Below, in pieces: positions 38,989-52,876 of a stretch of DNA of 64,000 nt. How positions within the stretch are numbered: position 1 is the stretch's first letter; each line of letters starts with the position of its first letter. This stretch comes from Antedon mediterranea (Eukaryota > Animalia > Echinodermata). The notes beneath the pieces are model-generated. The model saw nothing but the letters and a program-made list of their open reading frames with translations. It was not told the origin of the DNA and ran no database searches. Location: contig NC_092673.1 in NCBI RefSeq assembly GCF_964355755.1, forward strand, positions 11,380,948 to 11,444,947, written 5' to 3'. A program made the translations under genes and the position numbers.

Positions 38989-40857
38989 ATTAAACTAATC
39001 AACATAATAAATATATGGCATGGCCTAAAATGTCTACTTCATTCAAGCACTAGTCACAAGTAACTAATTTTATTTACTAAATTGGGATCATGCTATTCAC
39101 ACACTGGTGGTGGATGAGTGTTTGAAATCACTGATGCATAACAGGTGCAGTGGGTGGAGTCACAATTTTAATTATTGTTTTCAGTATAAAATAACTTCAG
39201 TAAGTTGGTACACAAAGTATTATTCCACAATGATACATTTAAATACTAATAAAAGACTATTCATAACTAGAACGGCATACAGTATATCCACCTACTGTAA
39301 AATGTCACCAGAAAACAAAATATATATTAGTCCATGGGCTGGGAGGGCCCCCTGCATACTTCCCTCCCCACATTTTTGGAATTTTTATATACCGTACCTA
39401 TATATCCGCTGAACTAAAAAATAGAATTAACATCAAATATCCTCATCCCCGAGATAGGTTTTTAATGGATTTTAAAAAATGATTTAATTTCAGAATTGTT
39501 ACCAATTATGGGGTGGGGGTAATACAAATAGCCATAAGAACAGTTTCCTTGAACAAATCATTCATTCTTGGTATCTATGTATAGAGTATTTTCTGCTCTA
39601 CAATTTGATATAAAATTGTGGTAATTAAAGACATTATAAAAGGTCACATCTTTTTTGAAAATGGAAAAATGTCAATAAATCTTTTAAATATGCCAACATT
39701 ATTGTTTAAAAATTTGCAAAAATGATTCATATACGATAGCTATAAAAATTCTGATTCATATAACCATTTTTAGGTACATATTAAAGAAAACACTATGAAA
39801 TCTTGATTTAATATGTTTTGAAACATTTCGTTTTTTTTTGGCATTGGCCCACTTGATACGGATGCAGATTAGTTACCATTTGGTTTAAATAAAGACTAGC
39901 CATTTGACATTCATATGTTATACAGTTATTTATATTAGTTGATGTCTGTAATCTCAAATAACCTTTATTGTTTACAATTAAACATTACAAAAAATAAAAT
40001 AATGGATATCAATACAAATCAATTTTTTTGCTGCTTGGCAAAAAAAAAATTTGGATGCTTGGGAGTATAGGGGCCAAAAGTCAATATAGTCAAGGTTAAG
40101 ACTTGGTGTAACTACTGGGTGTATTGGAATAGTTTTTGTGACAAACTACTCAGAAAACCCATACTTCTATTCACTCTAGTGGGCAACATTTACTACTGTA
40201 CAAGTGGACAGAAACCCCTTTTCTGACCACTGGTCAAGAAATTTGCCATATGAATATCTCAGCAACCACTGGTCAGAAAGTGATATGTTTATATTTGGTC
40301 CAATGTAATAAAAATCATAAAACTGTCAATAAACACCTAATTTTGACCTTTGACATATAGCCGGCACAAACATCTTTGTTTAGGCATTTAGCTCATATTG
40401 AATAGTGACTGGGTCAGAAGAATTACAAAGAATAGTGGTGTCATCCATGGTAACACATTTGCATAGCATAATATCTGGTAAGGAGTTAAACATGAAAAAT
40501 AGAGGACCTAAAATAGAGCCCTGTTGTATACCAATATTTATATTCATAACATCTGATTGAGAAGTTAATATTTAAAACTTGTGATCTGTTTCTTAAATAT
40601 GATATAAACCAATCTAGTTCATTAGTTATCCGCTGAAAGTGGATAACTCCTTGTAACTGTCCTGTTTCATCATTTTTTTTTTTTTTGGTTATCCGCAACT
40701 TAGTATAGGTATCAGTGGCTGGATCTCAATGGAGATACAAAATAAAAGCAAAAAGCTAAATCAAAAGGAGAAGTAAAACAGCCAGAAAAGTGAAGGAATT
40801 TGGATAACGTCATAGTATAAAGCTGGCAAGTGCTGCCTGGGTGGACAGGAATAAAAG

Positions 40858-40890
<33 letters not shown>

Positions 40891-41199
40891 GTGTATTATG
40901 TGTATTTTATAGTGGAGAAAGAATTATTTTCATATTACCGTATTTATTTGGATAGGGAACAACAATATTCTATTACAACACATTTCTATTTGTAGTAGTA
41001 GAATTCATTCATCTACAATTTACTAAGCATATTGATACAAGTTTTACTGTGTTTTGTCACTTCTATATTAATTGTGTTGTAATTTTTCATAGGGGCTATT
41101 TGATTATACATGTACCATGTTATTACACCAACAAAATTAACGCTTTCGTTGAGTAAACGCCCCTCCTGCAAAATTATTCGAATATTAATTATAAGCCTA

Positions 41200-41688
41200 A
41201 AAGTGTCAACATAGAATGGTTCAGTTCATTGACACAGTCACGTGGTCTGGCTTGTCGGACGGCTTTAATTGTCGGCATCTCTTTGTGTAGACAATAGAGC
41301 AGGTACCAAGATCTATATTTAGAAACTGACGCCACTTATTAGGCGTGGGAAGTTTTAGCGGAAAGTGGTTGTCTTGACGACAGCTTTAAGCATTCATTGT
41401 TTTATGGAATGGGATTTCCTAAGTAAAAACTCTGACAAAGTGTCAACATAGAAAAGAATTCAGCAGTCTCCTCGTTCAGTTCATTGACACAGACACATGG
41501 TCTGGTGTGTCGGACGGCTTTAATTGTCGGCATCTCTTTGTGTAGACTGTAGAGCAGGTACCAATATCTATATTTAGAAACTGACTCCACTCTTTAGGCG
41601 TGGGAAGTTCTAGGGGAAAGTGGTTGTCTTGACGACAGCTTTAAGCATTCATTGTTTTATGGAATGGGATTTCCTAACTACAAACTCT
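41200..41688. repeat. Two-copy tandem duplication, unit about 240-250 bp
   Basis: Copies start AAAGTGTCAACATAGAA at 41200 and 41438. They are highly similar, with scattered substitutions and one indel. Confidence 0.9.
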
Positions 41689-41839
41689 TAAAATTACATT
41701 TTTGTTTGTATTAATTTGACATAGGCCTAAGATTAGTACTCCAGAGTAACAGCATCGCACCAGGGAGTTGTAATTAGACACGTTAGTATGGCCTGTAATT
41801 AATTATCATAAAATAATTATAAATTGAATGTGCTTGTGC

Positions 41840-42240
41840 AAATAGCACACAGCGCGCCATTGGAACTTGCGTGCGCGTGACATTTACGCATCTCGTTGTT
41901 CCCGCCTTCATTTAAATTTGTAACCAGACCACAGCAATTCTAGGCCGGCCGGCTAGTGGCGACGTACAACGCATTCAAACCGTAGGTGTTTTTGATAAAT
42001 TTGTAGATTTATTCGTTGTGATTAATATTTATTAATTACACCTTATTGTTATACCCTATCATAGTAGCTCCTTTAGTTGAAATATAGGCCTAGAAGCTCA
42101 TATTTGTGTAGCATTGCAAGTCAAAAAGATACAGCAGCCTGCCTTGCCAGACTCCCCCTCCCCTTCCTCATCAGTCTAGCCTACCACACCCGCCCCCGTG
42201 CGTATCCTACGTAGGCTCTCTCCGCCTATTTGATACTAGG
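41840..42240. promoter_or_regulatory. GC/CpG-richer candidate promoter region of the CIZ1-like gene
   Basis: E2F-like TTCCCGCC (41899-41906), a 4-nt spacer, then TTTAAA; GC box CCCGCCCC near 42190. Confidence 0.3.
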
Positions 42241-43431
42241 TCTTTGATACTAAGCTTTACTAGGCCTAGGTCTATATATTATTATTATTTTGGTCTCCCC
42301 AGACACAATGTGAAAACTATTTTGTGCATATATTTATTAAAATGTTTATCATACACCACCATACGGTACTTAATAATATAATTATGAATATTGCTTTTGT
42401 GTAAAAAAGGACTTGAACTCGGACTAATATGATATGAGTAAACAGGCATCTGAAAAGTACTACTAGTAGTAGGCCTATTCCTATCTCTAGGCTAGGCCTA
42501 ATTCGGAAAATTGAGGTGAATGAGGATGAAGAAGGAACAGACAAGCTAGGCTAGACTAATGGGTAAACTATAAATAACATGATCAGAACATTTATGATCA
42601 GATTATTTTATGATTATAAAGGTACAAAGTATGTTGTAAGGTAAGTTATAGGCCTATAGGCTATTTAGAATTTGAAGGATTATTGTTTAAAAATGTAATT
42701 ATAAACGGTAAACAAAAAACACATACGACGTACGTAACTTATACAGCCTAGGTAGGCCCTATTGCGCTTTCTTTTCGTTATAAACAGACATAATTATATT
42801 TTGTAGGAGTCATTGCGAAAACAAAATTAAATGAAAAACACTTTTAAAACTGAAACGGGTTTATCCCAGGACAGTCATATCATCATCTTCATTTTAATTT
42901 GTTTAGAAAATGTTCGAAATTTACTTTTTACATTAAATTATTAATTATCAAATATTTGAATTGGAAATATTATCGATGATGTTATGGCTGTTTCGATCCT
43001 TACAGTTAGGGAGGTGGCTATTGATTGGATCTCCTGCATAAAACGAAACATGCATTGTCTATGCAGGAGTGCATATTGCACTCATCAGCTGGAAACCAAT
43101 AGCTTAATACCCTCAACAAGTTAATAAAACTCAACTTGGTCATAAAAACAATGGAAAGCTATTCAATAATATACAAAAAAAACTCCAAAGTGTTGTTTTA
43201 ACTCGTTATTAAATCATAAACAACATATCGTAAAAGATGGATCAACACTGATAATAATGCCGGATGAGTATTGCAGAGGGTTTTGGAAATCGCATGTTTT
43301 GGTTATATTGTATTACTATGACATATTATCCTACATCGGCAGATCGGTTGTTCAATCATTTACGATATTAATACAAATAATTAGTTAGAATAATTAAGGA
43401 ACATTGTTAGTAAAACAAAAAACATGCTTAA

Positions 43432-44057
43432 AGCCCCCTTCCCTACGTTTTTTAGATCTAATTTAAGATCACAAACTATATTTAATGTAAAAATAATACT
43501 ATATGGTCCTATTGCGATAACTTTTTTCGTCTTTAAACGGTTAAAAATGTGAAAAATAAGTCGATTCTAATAATTATAGCGGCCCGCTATAAATCCCAAA
43601 ATGCATTGCGCGCGGATTGATATTTTTGTTTTTCACCTGTAATTCGCCCACTTTTCGATCAATCGTGAGGCCAAAACAAATGGAAGACTCCTAACTTTTC
43701 AGCGAAAATACCGGGTTTCCCCCAATTTGTATCAACGGAGTCTGGCAAAAATAGAAAGACAATTAATGCAGCAACTATAAAACGTCAGGCTAGGTATATA
43801 GCTAGCGTACGATGTTCGTACGTTACCGATGTTTACCAGCTAGGCCTACAAAACTAAGCCTAGCTAGGCTAGGCCTAAGACCGTCCACGAGAGGTCGATC
43901 GCCGCGAGCTACTTAGGTAGTGCATTGTTTCTCACTTTTTATCATAATTTACCATAAAACGTACATTTAAGACAAGGAATGACATGGTTTAATGTTTTTA
44001 AAGTGATATATATGTATTATTTTCCAAAAAACGTCCAAATTTGCAGGGAAGGGGTCT
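43432..44057. mobile_element. Kolobok-like MITE (TTAA TSD)
   Basis: TTAA|AGCCCCCTTCCCT..AGGGAAGGGGTCT|TTAA. Confidence 0.65.
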
Positions 44058-44249
44058 TTAATACAACAGACCTACTCAAAATATTACAGACTTTATTCTG
44101 AAATAAAAGAAGGAAACAGTAAATATTACAAACACATTAAACGACCAAAATGTTGCCAATTCTACCGATAACAATCAACAACAACAGTGAATCAGTTAAA
44201 TCTTTATTTTAGTTTAAAGGGGGATTCTGGGTTTAAAATGAATTTCACG

Positions 44250-44915
44250 TTTTTAACATAGATCGAAAACCATATAACAACGTAAATTGAAACTTAACAA
44301 AGTTTAATTTATATCTTGCGCTAACTGACTGCGGAAAAAAAATTGCGTGCTTCACACGAAATTACGCGCGCACCCACGTTTAAAATTTCAAAATGCGAAA
44401 AATTAATTAAATAAAGTCATCATTAATCAAAGTGACGAGTTCAAATCTAGTTATTATTGACTCCATAACATTTTAGTTTGTTTACCATCATTCAAATTAT
44501 TAAGCATATAGTCAGACACGTCTATTAGGGTAGTGTCAGTAGAATAGTTCTTTAAACCCAGTTTTATTTTATTATTAGCAGTTAAAAAGTTATACAGTTG
44601 ATCATGAACTGCTTGTTCAATTATTTTGGAAACTTATTATGAAAGCTATTGAATTGCAGATATGAATTCATATAAAGATGTTGACAATCCGATGTCATAA
44701 CGTCATATGGCCAGTTGAATTCAAAAAGTCTGATTTTCATCTCTTTCGTAAAAAAAGTTAAAATAGCGCGCATCTCGCTTTTTTTTCAGCACTGTAAACA
44801 TATTTAATTCATGTCATAGGATGGCATAATTGTTGGCCTTCATATTTTAACACATGAGCATGTTGTGTTTAAGTGGATAACCCAAAACTCATCAGAGTGA
44901 CGAGTTCAAATCTAG
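44250..44915 (+). mobile_element. Two family A Helitron-like 3' fragments
   Basis: GTGACGAGTTCAAATCTAG|T ends at 44450 and 44915. Confidence 0.6.
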
Positions 44916-44947
44916 TTTAAACATAGATTCTGAGCTGATAAATAATT

Positions 44948-47507
44948 TCAATTTGTTTTTTTGGTCATTAGCTGTTTAAGTTTGTTATCTTTAATATCAT
45001 TTAATTTTCTTTTCCATGTCAGTGACCAATCGTTCTCTATATTAAAATGTGTTTCCCACTTTGTTTTACTCTTGGTTGGTTCTTTACATTTTTTTTTGAT
45101 AAAAAAGAGACGAATGTTTTTACAACTCATTTTACTATACTGTATTGATATAACTTCGTTAACTTTTACAGTGTCAATTTTTGAAGAGATTATATCTTTC
45201 CATTCTCGTGGTATTGCTTTTAGTAGACATGACAATTCAGCAATCCAATTCGATTTGATATTTAACAAAAATAGTAATTCATTTGTATTAATAAATCTGT
45301 TATCAATTATAATATGTTTCATCTTTGTTATACCAGATCTAATCCAATTCCTATAAAGGAGTGAGAAACCATTGTGTGTTATCAAGTTGTTGCCCCATAT
45401 AGGTTGTTCTATAATTTGTTTACCTTGATTTACCTTGATCTTGGACATCTAAAGCAATGCTTGTGTGTCCCTCCGGTATATTCTATTACATGTTCTATCA
45501 TATGGAGAAAACTTTAGTGGGTGGTGTTTCCAAAACTTTTCTAGTCGGTTTTTAAAGTGGAGCTCCACCCAGAAAATTACTATTTTTCATACATTTCAAC
45601 TATTATTTAAAAATATCATCCCCCATACTTCATATTTTTTTGAAATTTTTTTCAATGAGTACGAGTTTCTTGAAAATCACGCCTTTTTGCGTTTTTTTTG
45701 GGGGGGGGGGGATACCTTGTAATTTCCTATTCTTTTACATGCAAAAGGGGGGTATATTTGAATAATCCTAAAAAATTAATTTCTTCACAAAAAAAAAAAT
45801 TTTAAATGTAGTTTTATGTAATTTTTCCAGATCTTTCTATTTCTGGTATTGTTATCGTGTATACATTGCGCAATTTTGCGTAAATAGACACTTTCCCCCG
45901 TTCGGGTCCAATTTGGTTTTTTATTTTGCTAGGGAGTATGATCACGTGACATTTTTCACAATCACACTACTGCAGCTGGCGATCTGTTATTTTGTCGCGA
46001 TGTTATTTTTCACAGTGTAATAATGTGATTATGAGACTATTACTAAAATGTCAAATTTAACGAGATTTAAGAAAGATCTGGTTATATATTCAATAAAGCT
46101 AGGCCTACTAGAGTGTAGGTATGTACCGATGCTGCTTGGCCTCTAGCTAGGCTTACTCTCAGCAGTGAAGTTTGTTCTGCTGGCACCCAACCTCGGCCTA
46201 CCCATATGGGCCATGATAGGGTGCCTGAATATTTGCTTTTCAGTCAGGCCTAAGCTTCCTCATCGCTTTACTACACTTTACTACTCTTGTTCTGTATAGG
46301 ATTTTGTGTTTAACAATTCTTAATGTGCGAGAAAACCCAGGAATGATAAATGGGGTGAAACGACCAAGAATTTTCAAACCCATAAATGCATATAGGCCTA
46401 GACAAAAATTCAAGGCTAGCTAGGCTGAGTGCCCTGAGCTAGGCCTAGGTTAAAGTTAATAAGCAATCTGATAAGATTATTATGCTGTTGTTGTACAGTG
46501 CAAATCATGAGGTTACAATACATGTAAATTATATTGACATTTTTATCGGAAATATTACTAAGGCCTAAACAAATCGTATTAATTGTGTGTATAAAATTGA
46601 TTCCCCATTTTTCGACACATAATTTACCAAAGGGGACCCATTTCACCCATGCGTTCACCAGCGACTAAAACGCGTCAGTTGCTAAGTGTAACCCGTTTCG
46701 CGACATATTGTAAACTAATAACCCCTAAGTTACTGAAAAAGTGTAATGTATTAAAAAACACTATTTTCTGACCGATTTTTTTAGAAATGAGTTTTTGGAA
46801 AATATTTCCGTATTTTCCTTGTTTTTTTTTATGTAATCACTTTCAATTAAACATACTTAAACATAATATAAGCTGAGAAAGTCTGAGTGTAGCTCCACTT
46901 TAAATTGATTAACATTTGCAGCTTCTATTACATCCTGAGGCAAGTTGTTCCATGTGTCGATAATAGAGTTTGTAAACAATTTCTGCCGTATAAGTGAGTA
47001 CGAGGTTTACTAATTTTCAAAAAGTGTCCTCTGGTTCTAGATTCAGTGGTTAACCTAAAAAAATCCTCAATGTTACATTTAGTGAAACCATAGAACATAG
47101 GAAAGTGACATTTTAACAGAATATTGATTGAATTCAGCTAAATACTTTAACATTGATTTATATAATAAAGGCATACTACTGTAATGTGTTTCTTTATATT
47201 TTACATTTGATATATTTTCAATAACTTCTCTTGGACCTTTGTTAAAATACATTTTAGGTAAACACTTCCATTTTGAAGTGTCATCATTGTACAATCTTTT
47301 AAGCCATGACATTTGTAGTGCCTTGACTTGAGATCTGAAGTCTGGAGCATTTACTCCACCACTTTTATAATCATTGATTAATGTTAATCTTTTTATCTTT
47401 TCTGTTTTATTATTCCAAATAAAGTCGAATACAATTTTATCGACTTCATTTAAAACGCATTCAGGGGTATCTATAATACTTGCGTTGTACATGTGAATGT
47501 TTATCAT
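44948..47507 (-). pseudogene. L1/Tx1-type LINE ORF2 C-terminal fragments (47079-47507 and 44948-45448), interrupted by other elements
   Basis: FDFIWNNK..IKR.TL..DYKSGGVNAPDF..KALQMSWLKRL and PIWGNNLI..WIRSGI..AIPREWK. Confidence 0.75.
45556..46899. mobile_element. Kolobok-like non-autonomous element (TTAA TSD)
   Basis: TTAA|AGTGGAGCTCCACCCAGA..TCTGAGTGTAGCTCCACT|TTAA. Confidence 0.75.
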
Positions 47508-47549
47508 CCATTATCTCAGTAAATCCTTTCGATAATACAATGTAAATGA

Positions 47550-48078
47550 GGCTTAAGCAGAATATAACGTTAACTAAAAATCATGAAAGTAAACCATTTT
47601 TAGTCAGCTGCATAAAAATAACCGGTTAAAATCGGTATGAATATGTTAACTCCATTTTCTTTGGAGCAGAAACAAGACAAATTTGTGGTAACCGGTTAAA
47701 AGGCAGCGCAAAATACATAGTTAAAAACACCCATTCAATTTGGTAGAACGCCGTTTAACCGGTTATCTCTGAGCAATTTTTAGCTGCAACACAAAATAAC
47801 GGTTATTTGATTGACAGTTGTGACCCCGAGTCAGATACCGTGGCGTACAGTACCAGTGTTTTTTTTCTCGTGGTTTTGACAGTTGAACGAGGGAGTGAAA
47901 ATGTGTGTGGACGAATGAAATCACAAGATATGTTATTCAGTTGTGGGGAGAAGAGAAAGTACGGGGAAGGGTGGCAGGCAATAGAAAAGATTCACAGATA
48001 TATAATAGCATTGTTGAGAAAAGTGAAAGAGGAATTTGGGTTAAATGGTTAATTTGCATTATGCAGCAGAAAGAGACC
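47550..48078 (+). mobile_element. Harbinger-like remnant with Myb/SANT fragment
   Basis: TAACCGGTTA repeats and WTNEITRYVIQLWGEEKV..GNRKDSQIY, homologous to the peptide in 34615-35488. Confidence 0.6.
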
Positions 48079-48085
48079 CTTAGAT

Positions 48086-50062
48086 TAGGTATCCCAATGA
48101 ACGCGCGATTCGTTGTGACAGTTTTGAAAAATTCATGAAATTCTATAAAGTGATATGACTTTGATGTTAAAATTACTACACTAATTTTGATTGTATTTTA
48201 ATACAAATTAAATATATTGAAAGAGTGTGTTTTATTGTTCACTTACATGTGTTATTTATTAAAATTGATCAAGTATTTCCAGCGAAAACATCATTTCAAA
48301 ATTAGTCTAAAACGGAAACCAGCAAATTTTCGCGCGATAAAAAATATTCGGAAAACTCCTAGCCTGTTTTCAAAACACGATCGCTTGATGGCCGTCAGAG
48401 CTAGCGGAGTGATTTCTTTTGTATGTTATCAGATTTTGAATAAGCTTTAATTTGATACGTAAAACGGCTGGTACGGACAGGTTTATCAGTCTGAAATATC
48501 AATTTTCGTGAGAAAAGTTGTATTTTGACCCATTGCGCATGATCAAAAAATATCGAATTCGGTAATAAATTGAAGCGAAATCATTATTTTATTCGATAAA
48601 ACATCGTTTATTAATGTATTTCCTATGGTCGTCAAGCGATCTACATTTTTAAACTGGTGCATGAGGCGTAAATTCCGTTCGGAATTTTATAGATTCAACC
48701 ATTATAATCCGGTGAATATTGTAGTGGTGTTTTCCGTTAAATACATTAATGCACCCTATCAGCGAATGGTACGTTCCATATTTTCAACACGTTGTTTTAG
48801 TTTTCCTCGCTCGAGTTCGGCCGGCTCGACGCGAGATGTGTGACAGCAGCGATGTCAGAGCTTGACATGTCCTTTTCCATTGTAGAATATCTGATTTTAG
48901 ACATTAATTTAACAACTTTAAATTGGTGTAATGTGCGGAAGATTTATTATGCAAGTATACAATGCAAATGCGTTAGGTTTAAATGTACCGAAGACATTTA
49001 TTAAGCTAATTTACCAACGTTACATTTGACTCTGTATACGGCGGTCGAAAGTCATTAACTGCGACCGAAATACTTTGACGGGAGCTACTGCTGATCGCGA
49101 GTAAGCCGTTACTTGGCCTAAACTTTAGCTCCGTATTTCAATTTAATAACATACTTACGGTTAGAAATACGAAAAGAAAACCATGTTTATAATGTTATAT
49201 ATACTATTCAGGTAAACAATTAATTGTTTTAATTAACATTGATTATTTTAAATGAGTTTATTTTGACCCATTGTGTGTTTGCCTAAAAGAGCATATCTTA
49301 GCCTAGCTTAGATTTGGTGTCATAATCATACGGGCCTAAAATCTTGTTTTACGTATTCAAAAGTTATATATAATAGTATTTATGATTGAAATTATGAATA
49401 TAAAGTACATTAAAATAATATAATAATCATACTTACCAAAAATTAGTGTGAAAGAAAGGAAACAGTACACACAGTTTTTAACATAATTTTTCATTTTTTT
49501 GGGGATAATTTTAAATTTCACCGTTAAAAAAATATTATTGTTTCATATTACACATATCTCTGATATATTTATTACCGTAATGAAATATACACTACATTCT
49601 AACAAGTAAAACAAAAATTAAATGAATTAGTACAGTAGTTCAAAAGTTACAGATCATTGAAAAAATTGCATTTTTTTAATTTTTTAGGGAAATTCAACAA
49701 AAATGGGCGCAAAATGCAAAATTTCCGACCAACTTTGCGGACCAATAATTTTTAAAATAGGTTTCGTTGAGGCTCCAAAAAAAACTCTGTGATATCTATA
49801 GGTTTAACAAAATTCAAAACTTTTAACTCATTATTGTAAAAGTTATAACCTTTTAAAAATGCTTCCAATTTTTACTGCAAAAAACACCATTTTTTAAGCA
49901 AAAAATCGTATATTTTTTACCACTTTAAATAACCATAACTTTAGAACGGGTAATCGGATTTCAATCATTTAAATTACAAAATGCTAATTACATTAAGTCC
50001 TTTATAGTTAACTGAAAGAAAAAGTAAAACAATTAATCTGAATTTTTTCATTGGGATACCTA
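48086..50062. mobile_element. Non-autonomous TIR element with 7-bp TSD (hATw-like)
   Basis: CTTAGAT|TAGGTATCCCAATGAA..TTCATTGGGATACCTA|CTTAGAT. Confidence 0.8.
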
Positions 50063-51232
50063 CTTAGATGTGAAATTAAATTGTTATCAGCAAACATAAT
50101 AGAGCAGTATGTCTACAGTATGCATGGTCAGTCTGTAGTAAAACAAATGCAGGTTCAGAATAACTCAACAATTACTTTTCAGTTGAACAAATACAAAAAT
50201 TAACACAATACTTCTAGGGCTTCTAAACTTAATTTTGCTTAAACTCACTATCCATATTTTCAAAGAAATGTTTACGTAAAGGTGGGAGACATCCTTCTAC
50301 CTGGGTTGTAAATAATTCATCCAAACACAAATCAATAACAACTTAGTTAAGACTCATTGCTATCCAATGAAGTGTGAAAATAATTGTGTTATCTTTTGCT
50401 GTGAAATATAATGTAAAAATTCATTTTGTTCACCATAACTCATTAACTGAACAAACGTACCATGGAAATAACTTTAATCCAATAAATTGCAGCATGCAAT
50501 TCAACAACTGTTATCGCGATGAGGGCGTGATCAGGTTTTATTCTCCATCCATGTGTGAGACAAGTAGTGTTACCATAGAGTTACTATAATCACATTTCTA
50601 GCTCTCTGTGTTAAATGTACGTGCGCGAACGCTAACACGATGGCGCTCATGCGAACATAAATATGTTATATGTTAGCCCATGATATGAAATTGATGGGAG
50701 TGAGTTTAGTTGATATGGGTTGTGTTAATGGATATACAGTACGCGCGATTTTATGAATTTCGCGTATTTAACATAGGTCAAAACCAAATAACATTATAAA
50801 TTGAAACTTTGCAAAAGTTTAATTTATATCATGCGCTAACTTTCTGTGCAGCCCTCAAAATTAACGCCGGCATTCGGCAATTGCCGACGCGGCGGCAACG
50901 CCGGCGAAAAAAATGTCGGCGTCAGTCCGGCCTAAACTAAGCCTAGGCTAAAAAGCTACTTAATATTAGAGGCCTAGCTGATCAAATCAATGTAAGTGAC
51001 AGAACACTAACACACAATACAGCAGTATTCTTCGAAAACAAATTTGTTTATTATGATACTTTATTACACAATTGTAACGATCAAATACACCTTTTACACG
51101 GACGTACATCATCGTACCACACCACACGTGCTCTATCTCAGCAGCTCTCTCTAGTCAAAACAATGCTGTTGGTTACGCTTCATTGCACACCACGGTTTGT
51201 GTCATCGTCATGATCACATCATGTCAGAATTT

Positions 51233-52833
51233 TCGCTTCTGGCCGCGATATTTTATTCCGCTCAACATGCAACGAAACTGCCAGCTAGCCAGAATACTGT
51301 TTTCTGATTGGATGTTGATGTCACGTGAGATGTTCAAATCACTCACGCATGCAGTTCGCCTCAGTATAGGCATGGAGGTATTCCATGGTATAGGTAATTC
51401 CTCCTCGCACTCTCCGACCGGTTGCGACTCGCACTGCTCTAGTAGGCTGGCAATTTACATGTTGTAGGAATCGTACATTTCAATGCAATAAGCCGCCGCC
51501 GCGGTAATCTTTTTAGGGCCTTCATAACGACAACATCGCCATATGTAGACCAAGAATAAAATACAGTCGAATTCGCGTAAGTCGAAAAATCGCGAAAGTC
51601 GAATTTTTAGGAAAGTCCCAATTCTTTCCTATACATTCCTGTGTAATTTTTATTTGTAAGTCGAATTTTTCTAAGTCGAAATTCGTCTAAGTCGACGTCT
51701 TTTTGCAGTCCGAATACACACATTCTTTAGTGATTTATATCGTATAAGTCGAAGTCACAAATTACGCGGCAACAACGCGCTAAAAAAGCCGATGAAACGT
51801 ACGTAATTCGATAAACAAACGACAGAGAGGATAATGTGGGACCATATCGGTTCTCTCAAGCAGGTTGTATTAGTATAGGCGGCGTCCTACAACTCGCGCT
51901 AGTGTATAGCGTATGAGTTGTTTTTCAGAGTTGAGAACTTGAGCGGCGTTTTGTGGGTACTTATTTTGTGCTAGACAGATGGCAATAAACAATGGATACC
52001 GATTTCGAATAAGAACCGAAATGTATTTATTATACGTTTTTGTATTGTTTCGGGCTTAAACCATAAAAGAAAATACAGTTTATTATTGCCGATAAAGAGG
52101 CTTAGCATTTATTAGTCCTAGCTAGCTAGCTAAGCAAACTCAATTCAAGAAGGCTCATCGCGTGGGCCGCGATCGCGACAGGGCAGTGTCCACTAGGCCT
52201 AGCCATAGTGCGGCTAGTGGGTGAACCTAGGCCTAGCATTTTTTTTGCAAATCTGTAAGTCGAAGTTCGCGTAACTCAAATTTTTATACCGGTCCCATTA
52301 GATTCGACTTAGGCGGAGTCGACTGGTAGTAAGGCCCTAAAAAGATTACCGCGGCGCGACTTGCTTATCGCATCGCATAAATCATGTTTTCCCACGTGAA
52401 ATTGAAGTTAATGCATGGAACGTACACGAAACGTAAACATTGAGAGAGGCGAATTCCTCCATGGAAATTAAATTAATTAATAGATTACTCCATGGCGAGA
52501 GAAAGTAAATATTTTCAAGAAACCCTTCACAAGTTTCCGTATTAGCCTCTGTCTGTTGTGCAAGGAGCTAGTAGTTGTCTCAGGCAGCGCGCTCTCAGGC
52601 AGCGCGCTCTCAGGCAGCGAGCCATTGAAATGTACGATTCCTACAACACGTAAATTGCTAGCCTAGAGCAGTGCGAGTCGCAACCGGTCGGAGAGTGCGA
52701 GGAGGAATTACCTAACTGAGGCGAACTGCATGCGTGAGTGATTTGAACATCTCACGTGACATCAACATCCAATCAGAAAACAGCTAGCTGGCAGTTTCGT
52801 TGAGCGTAAAAAAATATCGCCGCCGGCAAGCGA
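51233..52833. repeat. Foldback element with inverted arms of roughly 200-250 bp
   Basis: 51233-51485 is the reverse complement of about 52622-52833, with indels. An inner pair CCGCGGTAATCTTTTTAGGGCCTT is also present. Confidence 0.8.
51564..52325. mobile_element. Pogo/Tigger-like MITE
   Basis: TA|CAGTCGAATTCGCGTAAGTCGAA..TTCGACTTAGGCGGAGTCGACTG, with TAAGTCGAA repeats. Confidence 0.7.
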
Positions 52834-52876
52834 TTAATATCATGGTTACATTTTTAATAGGTAGGCCTAGTATTAA

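Noticed and set aside
44885-44915. CTGATGAG on the minus strand, resembling a hammerhead ribozyme core
   Set aside because: It is a variant of the Helitron-like 3' hairpin (TCGTC in other copies), with no suitably placed GAAA or three-stem junction.
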